Shown here in pieces: positions 37,201 to 50,191 of a DNA stretch of 64,000 nt. Positions within the stretch are counted from its first letter, which is position 1. Every line of letters starts with the position of its first letter. This stretch comes from Mantamonas sphyraenae STR306. Lineage: Eukaryota; Protista; CRuMs. The notes beneath the pieces are model-generated. The model had not been told where the DNA came from and ran no database searches. It saw only the letters and a program-made list of their open reading frames with translations. Where the stretch lies: positions 310,001 through 374,000 of the forward strand of contig JAPMXV010000030.1 of NCBI GenBank assembly GCA_026936335.1. The letters are read 5' to 3'. The position numbers and the translations under genes were made by a program.

Positions 37201-40200
37201 CCTGCGAAGCACTCGGTTCAACATGTCCACCAGTTCAATCTGGGCCTCGTATGCCCCTTTGGCCATCGACGGCGCGTCCCTGCTGTGCTCGGACGACTCG
37301 TTGATCATGCGCCAGCTTACGAGAACATCCAACAGCACACCGATCAGTTGATACAGCATGTGCGACTGTTCACTGTCTCGCGTCGCCTCGTTGCTTGCCC
37401 CTGCTGTGCTGGGTGAAAGCGGGGCAGAGTTGCTCTTGCTCTCGTCGCCCGATGATGCGCCCCCTGCGTTGTCGCCGCCGCCCTCGCCGTTTACAAGCAG
37501 CTCGGTCATGTTCAGCAGCTGCGTGAGGCTCTCGTCCATTGCAAACCGCTTCGATTTTGTGTCACTTCCCTCCAACGCCTCCATCGTACTCTTGCCGAGT
37601 GCGTCGAGCTGTGCCAGAAGCAGCTCATCGGCCCCAGCCAAGGCCCCCGGCTGCTGCTGTTCCTCTCCATCTTGCTTTTCACTCCCATCTCCCCCGTTTG
37701 TGGCATTCTCTTCCAATTTCAGTGTCGGTATGCCGTCCAATGAATTCTTCTGTGCGTGCTCGTCGGAGGCCACTTTGAGCAGATCGACTCCGACGGGCAA
37801 GTTGTACGGGTTTCGCTTAAGAAGCGGCTTGAGCAAAGGCAAGAGTTGACGCAGTCCACCTGCACTCGAGAGAGTGCTGCTAATGTGGGTTGTGCTGCTA
37901 AACAACACCTTGCCTCGTGCGGTGAGGTTCCAGTGTTCGTTGAGGTCAATGGCCACATTGCCTGTGCTCCAGTGTGCGCTGTACTGCGCCAACGACATCT
38001 GATTCAGCATCTTGGAGGTGCTGGGTGCGGTGCGACGCAGGTTGGGTCCAGCCTCATACAGCTCCCGCAGCTGCTCATCGTCGGCACCTCCACGCAACAG
38101 GCACACCTGGCCCAACTCGCCAAACAGGGCCCGGTTTACACGCCCCTCGTTCTCATCCTCGTCTGTGCTGCCCGTGTTGCGTGCACCCAGAAAGCCCAGC
38201 ACTGACACGGAACGGCTGTTGGCTGAGGCCATGGCTGGCCCGTTGCCCAGAGTCAGGTTGACCATTTCTACATCCAAGCGGGGCACGGCCATTTCCTGCG
38301 AGCCCACCTCTTCGCCGTCCACGTACAGGGTGACAGTGCCGTCCTGGGGCACGCGGTCGTATGTGTGTCGCAGCGACACAAAATACCACTGACCCGGGTT
38401 GAAGGTGTGCCGCGCAAAGTGGGCCACCGAGTCGACGTCGCTGCGCTTGCCCAACACCACGCGGTACTTGAGATTGTGTTCGTCAAAGAAGCAGTCGATG
38501 CCCGTGCCCTTGTCTGTGCTGATGTTGAACAGACGCGGCAGATGTTTCACTTGAGTTCGCGACGAGCTGACTTGGATCTCGTCCACCGTCATGCCTGGTG
38601 CGCTGAAACCCTCAATGCGCACCCACATGCACATTGTGTATCCGATGTGTTCGCACACACGCCAGGTCACGGTGTTGGTGGAGCACAGCCCCGTGCTGAA
38701 TCCGTCCAGCGAGAACACAGCTTCAGGCAGCTCATCAAACTCCATCAATGAGCGCCATGTGCGCAACAGTTCCACGGAGCGACCGTACTTTTCGGCTGCA
38801 ATGCATTGCGATGCATACTGTGCAAACAAATGGATGGCCTGCGGAGAAATGGAGCACCGTGCAAGGGTACGAAACAGCGCAAGGGCACGTGTGTGCAATG
38901 ACGACGAGCGCACCTCGGGAAGATAACTCAGCACATAGTCCAGCACCATCATTTGGGCGGCCACACGCAGGTTGAACGAGAGATGATCCACCAACTGGGC
39001 GACCATTTCCAGCACCTGACTTTGCAGTTCGTGCTCCAGCACGGGCAACAGCGCCACCAGCAGTGGCGCCATTGTTGGTGACTTGATGACATACTCTCCG
39101 TTCAGGGCAAATTCCCCCTTGCCCACAATGGCCTCAAAGGGCCACGGATAAAACTCGCTGCCAAACACCGACCCAGACACAGCTGCGCAGGTGTGTAGGT
39201 GTGTGTGTGTGTGTTGTGTGAGTGACGTATGGTGTGACTGTACGGGAAAACCACACATGTAGGATGCCTGTGGGGGCGAGGGAAACATCCAAACACGTAC
39301 ATGTCTGCGTGGGTTGCTGGCCTGTGCGCGCTCGCGGTTGTCGAAGCATCTGCGCAGTGTGCGGGTTCCCGCCAGCCCTCTGCGTCAGTGCTCGCTTTCC
39401 ATACCACCACCACCACACACACACACAGTGGAACAAAATCACGCGTTTGGGCCTCCCACCCCGCAGGGACGGCGCTGGTGCAGCCGCGTGTGCGTGCGGG
39501 GAGCGTGGCTTCGAAATGGTTGTGCAGAGGGGGTTACCGGCGTGACACCCACGCCCCAGTCTGACGCACCCTGCACTCCACTTACCATGTGAAAGAGGGC
39601 AGCCAGCAGACCAGGCATCTGCACACGCGACACGTTGTTGACCAGAAAGAGGCGCAGCTTTTGCACGGCTGTGCGGTTGCGTGTCTGTTCGCTCTCGCTG
39701 GTGTTGGCTTGGAAAAAGTGCTTTTGAGCAAACTCCCACTCGCGTCGCTCCCGCTCCACTGCCTGCCTGTCCATGTCAAACAGGCTCGTGATGGTGTCAT
39801 CCACCCCAATGTGCACACTCTTGGGCCCTGAATCATCCTCGTCGGCCGCCCTGTCTTCGTCGGCCCCGGCCTCCAGATTCGCTGAGCTCCCGCCCCTGAA
39901 GAAGCCCCACCGACGTCCCCCGCCTTGTTGCTCTCCACTCACGCCGTCCATCAAATTGCCCGTCGCTTGTTGACTGGGCCGCGTCTCACTGGCCGATGTG
40001 TTTGCCTTTCCCGCATTCTCCTCCTGCTGTGCGCCGCTCTGGCTGCTGCTGCTCCCGACGCCTTCGCCTGCCGGTGCTTCCGCGCCTGTCCAGGCAACGT
40101 CCTTGAGCCCTGTGTGGACACACAGCTGGTCCAGCAGGAATAGATGCAATCCTGCTGCATTGGCGCTGTTTTGCACTTTCAGATACCTCAGAAAGTGCGT

Positions 40201-40236
40201 TTGGAACGCTGCAGACGCGTCCACGTTCTGCGCCAT
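30090..40236 (-). CDS. Giant (~3,260 aa) neurobeachin/LRBA-N-terminus + STAND NTPase + TPR fusion protein
   Basis: Predicted exons 40236-39586, 39349-39301 and 39182-30090, with compatible GT-AG phases. NBEA-like ARM/ConA/DUF4704 motifs, then FFGRREE...[12 protein letters not shown]...[11 protein letters not shown]...GGSPLW (ADCY10-type STAND), then TPR-like helices. Two 1-nt indels near 32215 and 32110. Confidence 0.8.
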
Positions 40237-40301
40237 CCGTCAAAACTTGTTTTCTTTGCCGAGCTCGTGCTTCATTGCTTGGGTTCATCCCCTCCACTCA
40301 C

Positions 40302-43300
40302 TCAATCATCCGTCTCCTTCAGCACCTGCGCCTTGAAGATGCCCCGCAGCGTGCTGGGAATCTCCTTGGTGTCCAGGCACACAAAGCCAGTGCCAGCCGG
40401 CAACTGGGACACCAATCGATCAGCCTGGTCCGAAAACGAGGCAATGAACAGAATGAAAGCGCCCACCTTTCGGTCCTGTGTCAGAGCGCGTCCCAGCTCC
40501 TCGCCACTGATGGCGTAGCGGTCCAGATTGGCATCTGAGATGACAAAGGCAAAGTAGTCGTCGCCTTCCTCCTCGCGCACAGCCTTGATGGCACTCTCGG
40601 CCGCCTGAACTGTGCTGTCACCCGACATGCAGTACTGTGCATGTGCATGCATGCGTTGCAACACGCTGAACATCTCCTTCTTGTTCGCAGGCGGCTTGCC
40701 CCAGTTCACCAGCGGGATGGCTGGTCCATCGCCCGAGTGGCCCACCACAGAGTAGTCAAACTTGCGGTCAAACCCGTCCAGCGATTCCATGATCATGCAC
40801 GTGGTCTCCAGCACCCTGTTCAGGCGCTGATCCCACCCGTTGAAGCGGTACATGGATCCGGAGATGTCGATGGCAAACCGCAGCCGCTTGGGCTTCTCCT
40901 GATGGAACGGATCCTCGTTGTCGTCGCCTCTGCGTCTGTAAATGGTCTTTGTGCCGGTGATGCCTTCCACAAGCTTGCCATCGTCCAAGTCGCCCGATGT
41001 CTGATGCTTCAGCCACACACGCTCCTTGCTCTTCGCTTCCAGCCCCTCCAGGATGTTGCGCAGTTGTGCAATCTCCTTGGCCACACTGTTGTAGATCTTG
41101 TCATACTGCTCCGCGTGGAATTCGCTCATTTCGATTTCCTTCAACCGCTCTGCGTACGCCTTTTTGGCCATCTCACGCGCCCGCTGACGCACCTCGTCCG
41201 ACACAGCGGCCTTGACATCGTCGGGCACCTGGTGCACGGGGAAGCCACCATCCATACGATAGGGACCCCCGGCACCACCAAGTCCCGCTGTGTCTGCGCC
41301 TCCGGTGCCTCCCATCCATTGGTTGCCACCCACGTGCGGGTTGCCATCGGGCGCTTTGCCGTGCTTGGGATTACCCGACGGCTTCTTGCCCTCGTCGTAT
41401 TCATACTCCACCTTCATGCCGCCTGCGGCTTCAGCAGGCAGACCGACCATGGTGCGCCACTCACCCAGCTGACTTGCGAGCACTTCGGTGTCCAGCTGCC
41501 ACAAGCGAACCAGCCCGTTGCCTTGAAGCGAGGCCACACGGCCGTCGTCCAGCTGGCTCAATGCCACCACTGGGCTTACCGCTGTGGCACGTAGTTGCTG
41601 CGTCAGCAACTGTTGCACCGTGCCCTGTCGCAACATCGACGGCTTGCTCTTGCGCAGCAGTGGCGAGAACGACGGCACGTCGATTTCACGCCATGAGTCA
41701 CGTGCAAAGTCGGCCACCAACAGCTTGTTTGCTGCGTCCGGATGCTCCTCCGGCTCAATGTCCGAGTCTTGGGGAGCCATCAGCTGGGCACTCACCACTG
41801 TTTGCCGCTCGCCGTCAAACAGGGCTGCCTGAGTCGCCCAAGTCGTGTCCGCTGGCGCTACATGAGGCACAGTGTCCACCTGCAACTCTCCATCCTGCTT
41901 GCCTTCTGTCCGCACCCACTGGCCCAGGCTGCCGGAATAGCCCACACCGGCTCGTTGAAGACCGCTGGTGTTGCTGCTTCCCTGATTCCATGCGTCGCTG
42001 CCACCCACTTCGGCCACAGGCCATTGCGGTACACCGTTGCTGTTGCTGCTGCTACTGCTGTTCTCGTTGGCCTTCCAAGCGCCGGTGACGCCTCCGCCAT
42101 TCTGCGTGTCCACCTCAATGACGGTGCCCGCATCTGTGGCAATCCACAGAGTGTTGGGCGTGGGCACGTGCACGCGCTGGACCTGCACGCCTGCGGGCAG
42201 TTGCACATGGTGCACCTGACCCGCGCGGAGGTCAAACAGCGACAGTGCACTGTGCATGGGCCTGTAGGCAGCCACAACCCCGGCGTCGCTTTGCGCCGTT
42301 TCCACAAACAGCGGCAAGGATTGCAACGCACTGCTCAGGCGATACTGCGTAAAATCCAGCAGGCGCTGGCCCCACGACGGTTTGCCCTTGCTGTCCAGAC
42401 TCTGGTCGCTGGGAATGTCCAAAGAGCGACACTCGCGACGCCACGGATCCACCATCAACATGCGGTTGTACGCACCGGAGTACACCAGCAGCTGGTCACC
42501 CGATGCGGCCAGATGTGGTCGTTGCGGAGCGGCGTACTGCGGAAAGATCTCGTCCAGATCCAGCGAGGTGTGCTGCGCAAAATCAGGCCCTCGGAACGAG
42601 TAGATGCGCAGTGGGTTGTCGGCGAGCACATGCAACGAGTTGTCGTGGCTCAATCGAGCCATACCCAGAGCCGCGCCCTCGCCAGGCACTCTCCAATGAG
42701 CCTCCTGCTCACTAAACTCGTCCACACGGCCCATGACCATTTCGGTGTCCCGGTCCACACCTTTGCTCCACTTCCATGGCCCCTTGGTGCTCAGGTCGTA
42801 CGTGTCGACCTGGACGTGGGGCATTTGTGAGTCGGGAAAGGGCGTGCAGGGTGGCGGCGCGCACAGGGCTGGGCAACTTCTGCTCAGCTGCGACATCGAC
42901 GGAAAAGCGTGCTGCGTTGAAGCCCACAGGAATGCCGTGTTTCTGAAACACACTCATGACGTGTTCTTTCATCTGGCTGTCGTACGAGTCAAAGGAAAAC
43001 ACATTGTGGAGTGTGGCCAGCATGCCATCGCCTGGGAAGCGTTGGAGGTGACGCACGAGATTGACCAGCTCGCGCGTGGAGTACGGATACGTGAGGATGC
43101 CCTGGTCAACAAGTGCGCGGAGGTCTGCAAACGCGTCCGTCAGCTTGTCCAGGTAGTGTTCGCTCACGTCCGGAGCATAGCTCTTCAGCAGCGCAATCTC
43201 GCTCGCCTTGTCCGGATTGTCCACGTCAAAGGCGGAAAAGATGTCGCTGCACTCGCGCACCAGGTCGTTGCCCAAAAAGGGGAAGCCTGGCTTGTTGCCC

Positions 43301-46278
43301 AACACAATCATGCGAAAGTCGGGATGGATGGGCACGGTGGACTCTGGGTGGGCCTCCAGCAACGCCTGGTTGCTCGTGATGCGACGCCCGTCTGCAAGCA
43401 GCATTTCCCTGTCCTCCACCAGCGTTTTGATGTATCCCACCACCTCCAGTGGCGCCTTGTCGGCCTCGTCCACAATGAGGATGCGGCCGTTCTTCACTGC
43501 ACGCAGCAGCGGCGAGTCTTCCCACACAATCACGCCGTCCTTGAGAGAAGGCTGCAACGTGAGTGTTTGCACCGTTGTGTCACGGTGCAGCTGGATGTAC
43601 TCGCGTTCGCTGTTGAGAAGATGGATGAAGCGGTCGGTGAGCTTGTTCTTTCCCACTCCCTGTGCTCCAAGAAGCAGCAGGTGTGAGCCACTGCGGTAGT
43701 CCTTCAGCATGTGCTTGAGCACGCCAATGTGTTGTGGGATGTCGTAGAAGGTCACGTTGGGCACCAGCGCCTCGTTGTCTGGCTGCTTGCGTGCCATCGT
43801 AACGCCGTCGATCTCCAGAGTGCTGTCGCTCACACGAATGCTGTCTGCACTCAAATGCGCCGTCACGTCGCCTCCGCTTCTGCTGCTGCTGCTGCCCGAC
43901 GCATTCTCGATGCCATGTTTGGCTAGGATGCGGTCGAGGTACTCGCGTCCGCTCTGTGGCAGAAACTTGGCCATGCACGTGCGTGCAATCACATGGTACG
44001 TGTCTTCGGGAAACTCTTGGATGTGCTTGCTGATGCGGATGAGTTGGCGCGTGGACATGGTGATGCCGTCCAGGGAGCTGCTGGGATCGGCTGCGGCGTT
44101 GCGCAGATCCATGGCCACATTCACCACCGTCTCCAGCGTCTCGTCCTGCATGCGCGGGAACAACGAGCGCAACAGGGCCAGTTCAGTGTTGTGAGTGATC
44201 TCGGGCACCTGGTGGAAGTGGAACAGGGTCATGATTTCGCTGGTGAGCCAGTTGCGTTTCTTTGGGTCGGGACGGGCACCCGTGGCCACCACGCGGAAGG
44301 AAGGGTGCACTGGAAGCACCTTTGCATCCTTGGGCAGCGTGCCAAAGTGTTTCATGGCCGCGTATCGATCCGGACGCACCAGGCGGGTGCCGTCAAACAG
44401 CTCGAGCTCGCGATCGAGAATGAGCCTGCTCAGGAAACTCAGCTGGCCCTGTGACAGCTTGTCGATGCCGTCGAGGACGACCAAACGCCCATGGATGGCG
44501 CCATCGACCAGCGGAGTGGTCTCCCAGGTGGTGTCGCCCGTCTCGGTGGTGGTGCGTCGCTGCAGCAGATCACGCGTCGTCATATCCTTGTACAGGGACA
44601 GGGTTTCCACCTGGTAGCCTAGCTGGGCAGCAAAGTGACGAATGATGGCACTCTTGCCGCTGCCTTTGTCGCCAATGAGGCACATGTCGCGTCCCACCAC
44701 GTGATCTTGCATCATGTCGGTCAGCAGCGCACCCACCTGCTCCGTCACAATAAACTCCTCGCCTGTGCCCTCGGGTCGCACGGCAAGATTGCCGCCCGGG
44801 GCCGTCTTTGTGACGAGTGCTTCGGGCTGGGTGGTGTTTGCCTGGACGGCGGCGATGGGTTCAAAGTCGATTTGCACGCGCTTGACAGGGTCGGGCAACC
44901 ATGCGTTGAGGGGAAGGTCGGTATCAACGTCGTGGGCTTTCACAGTGCGCACGGTGTACGTTTGTTCCAGGCCGTCGGAGTTGGGACGCGCGAAAAAGTC
45001 GAGTTCGGTAGAGCGCATGGTGTCGAGGATGTTGTCCTGGCCCTGGAGGACGAGGGCATACGGAAACACACGAGCGACGGTACGACGTGCGTGGACGTGT
45101 GGAAAGTGGACCATGAGTTGTACGGCAGCACTGACACCATTCTCGGGAAAGTAGGGCAACTTGATGGAGCCGTCGTCTTCGATGGCCCGCATGGATTCGG
45201 CAAAGGCCACCATGTCCTGCAACTGTTGCTGGTCCAGCATGCGTGCATGTTTGTCGCCCTGCTGGGCCAACCTTCCGTGCATGTAGGTTTGCATGACGTG
45301 CAGCTGGTCGAGTTGCGATTCCACAGCCGGAGGACCCACGTTGCGTGCCTGGAAGCGTGAACGAAGAGGCGGATCCAGCGGGTTTCCTTCGAACCTTGGC
45401 GTGGGAAGGCCCAGGGCAATGATTCGAAAGTCGGGGTGAACGCGGATAAGGTTCAGGGCGGCCATCTCTTCGGGGCTGTGCGTGCGAAGCAGTTCGTCGT
45501 AGCGCACACTGTCCATGAGGAAGTGACCATCGTCCAGGGTCATTTCCCGGTTTTCCAGCAAGTTGTTGAGCGCAGGCAGCACATTGCGTTCCGCCTTTTC
45601 GATGCCGTCGACCACGAGGATGCGTCCGTTCACGGCAGCGCGCACGGCACTCTGATCCAGGTAGGTTGCCGTGCCGCCGAGAATCTCCCTGCGCTGCTTG
45701 AGGTCCGGCTCGCTGGTGTCCCGCGACACAGACACAAACTCCATCTCTCGTTGCGTCAATTCGCAGAAGCGCATGGCCAGATGGCGTCGGTAAGGCCCCG
45801 GCGGGCCGATGAGAAAAATGTCCTGCGCCAGCAGGTCCTTCTGCATCATCCAGCGCAGGTGCATCAGTTGCTCCTCACTCTCCCAGCCCTGGAAGGGTTT
45901 GTGGTGAAGAAAACGAGTGATGCCATCGGCGTCGTCGACGCTGACCAGCTGCAGGTGGGATACTGGGTCGTGGGCCGCGCCTGCCAGTCCCCACGGCACC
46001 AGATCAAGGTGTTCCGGAGCACGCAGGGGCTTGGAAATGTCACCCAGCACCACACGGTCTGCAGTGGAAGAGACCAGCGGGGATTTCTCTGAGGATGACG
46101 GAGCAGAGGTGGCCATGGCGCGAGTCAGGACCCATTGCGGGTGAGTGACTGGCTCCGACAGGCCCTGGGACAGGGAGGCAGTGAGCATGCGGTTGGCAGC
46201 CAACACGCTTTGGTCCCTGCGCCAATGGGGCGTGGTGTGGGACAGGACATGGGCCACACGTCTTCGGCACTGGCTCAT
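40302..46278 (-). CDS. VWA8: von Willebrand factor A domain-containing protein 8 (mitochondrial AAA+/VWA)
   Basis: HLRWMMQKDLLAQDIFLIGPPGP, DTSEPDLKQRREI, GDKGSGKS, GAQGVGKN, YPYSTRELV, PKHGK..DGNPHVGGNQWMGGTGG, MIDAS DISGSMYRFNG; Arg-rich N-terminal presequence; one indel near 42838. Confidence 0.93.
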
Positions 46279-46330
46279 GAGGGGGCCGGGATTTGTGTGT
46301 GTGCGCTGAGGCGGCAAACTCGACACCGTG

Positions 46331-47656
46331 ATGCGAATTGCACAGAGTGCAGGATTGCTGCTGTGCGTGTGGTTGTGTGTCAGCATGTGTGTGGCACATG
46401 GTTTGGAGGAGAGGGCGTTTGACGCTGTGGAGGATGCTCAGAACGGGTACCAGATCGAGCGTCGAGCGAACTTGACGTACGAGGAGTTTGTGTGGAAGTA
46501 CATGGCACGCAACAAGCCGGTGATCATCACAGACGTGGTGGACAAGTGGCCTGCGTTCCAGAAGTGGACGTTGGAGTATCTGAACGAGACGCTGGGCGAC
46601 GTGGACGTGAACATGGAGTGGGGAGGGGACAAGAAGCGCAAGATGAACGGCCCGCTGCGCGACTTTGTGCGATACATGCGGGACAACAAGGATGAGATTC
46701 CCATCTACGGCGAAATGGGTGTGGGCGACTCGTTTCTGGGTAACGATGTGCGAGGCCTGCTCAACGACTTGTGGATTCCCGACTACTTTGCCGACGACTA
46801 CTTTGTCCGCTGCACACGCATGCCCAACATGAAGGTGACCTCGCGTTCGTTCTACATCGGTAAGTGACTGCGGTGGGAGCAAAGAGAGAGAGGGGAAGGG
46901 ACGGAAGGACGGGAAAGAGAGCTGTTTGGAGGCGGACAAAAGTGGAGCGAGGGGGAGGGAAGCACGAGAACGTTCTTTTTCCGCGCTCAGGGACAGAGCA
47001 CACACTGGCATGCATGCACACACTCACACTGGTGAGGCAACCATCGAGCAGGTGGACCGCGCAGTGGCATTGAGAACCACCAGGACGCGTACTCTTCGTA
47101 TGCGTGGAGCGCGCAGCTGAAGGGCAGGAAGCGTTGGAAGATGTACCCGCCCGAGATGGCACATGCACTGAACTTTGGCAAGCTGGACGTGTTCCGCACC
47201 AATCTCACCGAATACCCTGCGTTTGCATATGCCAAAGGGTATGATTTCGTGCTGGAACCCGGAGAGCTGCTGTTCTGGCACGCACCGTACTGGCACGCGA
47301 CGTACGTGCTGGAGGAGAGCATTGCGCTGAGCGAAAACTTCCTCAACTGGTTCAACTACATGGACTTCAAGAAGGAGCTGGAGCAGGACTGCGAGGGAGA
47401 GGGTGAGGAGGAAGCAGACGAACACTGCAAGATGATGCGCAGGTGCAAGCATGTTGTATGGGACCCCGAGTTTGCAAAGGGACCCAACTACACGCCGTGC
47501 AAGCGTGCCTCCAAGTACAACTACTGTGGTCTGGACCTGCCCATCAACAAGACGCTGACAAAGAAGCAGTTCAAGAAGCGGCTGGGTCGCATCCGCAAGA
47601 AGCTGGAGCAGAAGAACGCAGAGTACATGATGGAGCGAGCACAGATGGAGGGGTGA
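46331..47656 (+). CDS. JmjC (cupin-8; JMJD4/6/8-like) 2-oxoglutarate/Fe oxygenase with signal peptide
   Basis: IERR..LTYEEF...NKPVII....WPAFQKWT; intron 46860-47051 restores FYIGGPRSGIENHQD...AWSAQLKGRKRW.MYPP; LEPGELLF...YWHAT. HxD...H metal triad intact. Confidence 0.85.
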
Positions 47657-47852
47657 TGGTGGGTGCAAGGACAAGGAGACATGAAGTGGGGTGGGGTTGG
47701 AGTGAAGGACATGCGGTGGGGCAGGCAAAAAGAAACGACTGGTCTTCAGCTTGTGAGTGTGTGGGTGCTTGGGTTGATTGATGCGGGTGGCACACACACG
47801 CACGTGACCGCTGACATTGTGGAGTGGGGGGGTGCGTGTTGCGAACAGCACC

Positions 47853-49650
47853 ATGAAGGGGGGCATCTGGTTTCCAAATGCAGAGGAGAAGAAGGTGTTG
47901 GACGCGACAAGCGAGTACCTGATCTCCAGCGATTGGGCGCTGAACATGCAGATCGTGGATGACATCAACCAGGACGGATCCAAGTCGTAGGTTTGTGTGG
48001 GGGAGGACACGCGGGCAGGCAGCGATGGGAGGTGGATGGGAAGAGGGCCTGCGGAAGATGAATTCGCCGGAGCAAACTCGAAAAAGTTTCGGCACGCGGC
48101 TGACACCACAAGGGTATGGGTTGCCTTTGGGACGGGTACGACACACAGACAAACATACGTCAAGGCAATCCGCAAGCGCATGAGCAACAGCGATGACAAG
48201 ATCGTGCTGCTGGCTCTGAATGTAGGTTGCGAGGGCCGTGTCGGGAGGTTTCCCTTTGCGACGCGGAACGGAAAACGGCCGAGCCGATTTTGACGAGATA
48301 GAGCCGAGACTGACATGGATGGGAATGGGCCCCACGTGTGGTCTGGTACACACGGGATGGATGCGATGGGGACACAGCTGTTGGAGGCGCTTGTGATGAA
48401 TTGCGGGTTTGAGCTGCACCAGAAGGTGGCGACGAAGGACGTGATGACGGAGCTGACGAAGCAGGGCAAGAAGAACGCATCGCGCAGCGTGCGGGAAAAG
48501 GCACTTACGCTGATTCAGCTGTGGGGTGAGGGGTTCCGTCCGCAAATCAAGGAGTTGCCGTGGTTCGTGAAGGCGTACGAGGACCTGAAAATCGAAGGGG
48601 TGGAGTTTCCGGAAATGGACCTGGAGACGAAAGAGGCGCTGTACACAGCCAGCTCCGCATTGACGGAGAATCTGGGCACATCAAGCACCAGCACAAGCCA
48701 CAGCGGACATGGAGGCAGCCAGTACGATGCAGACGAAGAGTACGCACGTCAGTTGGCGGCGCAAGAAGAGCAAGGTGGACAGCAGAGTCAGGGTCATCGT
48801 CGCACACAGCCACAGACTTCATCGGTGTACCGTGCCCAACCAGCACCACAGGCACAGGGAGGTCAGCAGCCTGTGTTGCAACGGTTCATGGGTGAAGACG
48901 GGCGAGTGTACGAGGCGTGGGTGATGCCAGCACAACAGCAGCAACAACGCGTGCAGCAGCAGCAGCAGCAGCAGGTACAGCAGCAGGGGATGATGCAAGG
49001 AGGTGTCTCGGGAGGGGGCCAGAGTGCAGAGGTGCAGAAGGCCAAGTTCAAGCAAGACCTGGAGGTTGTGCGGAACAATTGCACACTGTTGTACGACATG
49101 TTGAGTGCCGTGGACCAGGAGAACGGAGAGAGTGTGGAATCGAACGACATGATTGCACCGATTGCGGTGCAATGCGAAGGAATGCTGAAGAAGCTGCAGG
49201 CAGTGATTACAAGCGGGGTGCAGTTGGACGAAGAGATGTTCTCGATGGTGTTTAGCAACGTGGATGCACTGAACACGGTGCTGGGTTACTACCAACAGAT
49301 GCGCCAAGGCCAACAGGTTGTGTTGGTGCCGTTGGATATGAGCACGGACGACGGAGGGGAGGGTGAGGTGAATGAGGCTCAGGAGGAGGGAAACGCAGAC
49401 GGCGACGACGACGAGGGAGGATTGGTTGATCTGCGCAACACAGGAAACAGTGCGTCGGCAAACAACAGCAGTGGTTTGGATAAGGAGGAGTCGAGCGAGG
49501 CCATGTTGATCTCGTTTGAGTCGGAAAGCACGGGCAGCGGCAACGGCAGCGGCAACAACAACGACAACAGCAACACAGCAACAAGCACAGCTGGTGCGAT
49601 GGCAAACCCACTCGACGGACTGTTTGGCGCGCCTGCTCAAAGCGCAACGA

Positions 49651-49683
<33 letters not shown>

Positions 49684-50074
49684 CAGCACGAAGAGTGGGA
49701 ACCTGGAAGCGGAGGACGACGAGGCGGATCTGCTGGGTGGGTTTGGCAACAGCTCCGCACCGAGCAGCACCAACACAGGCACAAAGACCACCGCAGCGCC
49801 GGCAAAGAAGCGCCTGGACGAAGAGGACGAGGACGAGGACGATGGATTTGACGCGTTGGTGGCGACGAGGCACAACGATCGCAAGGCATCCCCGAGCAAG
49901 AAGGAAAAAGAAGAGGAGGTGATTTCGGATGTGGACGACGACGAGTTTGATTCGCTGATCAGCAGCAGGCTGGGGGGAAGCGAGGTGACGGCAGGTGCAG
50001 ATGAGGATGACCTGGAGGACGACGAGTTTGACAACTTTTTCGCAGAGCGCAGCGGCAGCGGGGTGAACAAATGA
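47853..50074 (+). CDS. TOM1/TOL-like VHS-GAT ubiquitin/clathrin adaptor
   Basis: ATSEYL.SSDWALNMQIVDDIN; introns 47987-48148 and 48222-48377; LLALNLLEALVMNCG...VREKALTLIQLW (VHS); GAT helices; clathrin-box-like LISFE; 1-nt indel near 49643; acidic DEFD tail. Confidence 0.88.
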
Positions 50075-50191
50075 GCAACCACATTGAGCAAATGGAACAA
50101 ACGTTTGGTGGAGATCGTGATGGCACTTGGTTGGTCGTCCAGACTGGGGTAAGGATGCGCAGGCGCAAGCAAAGAAGCACAGAGCTGAGCG

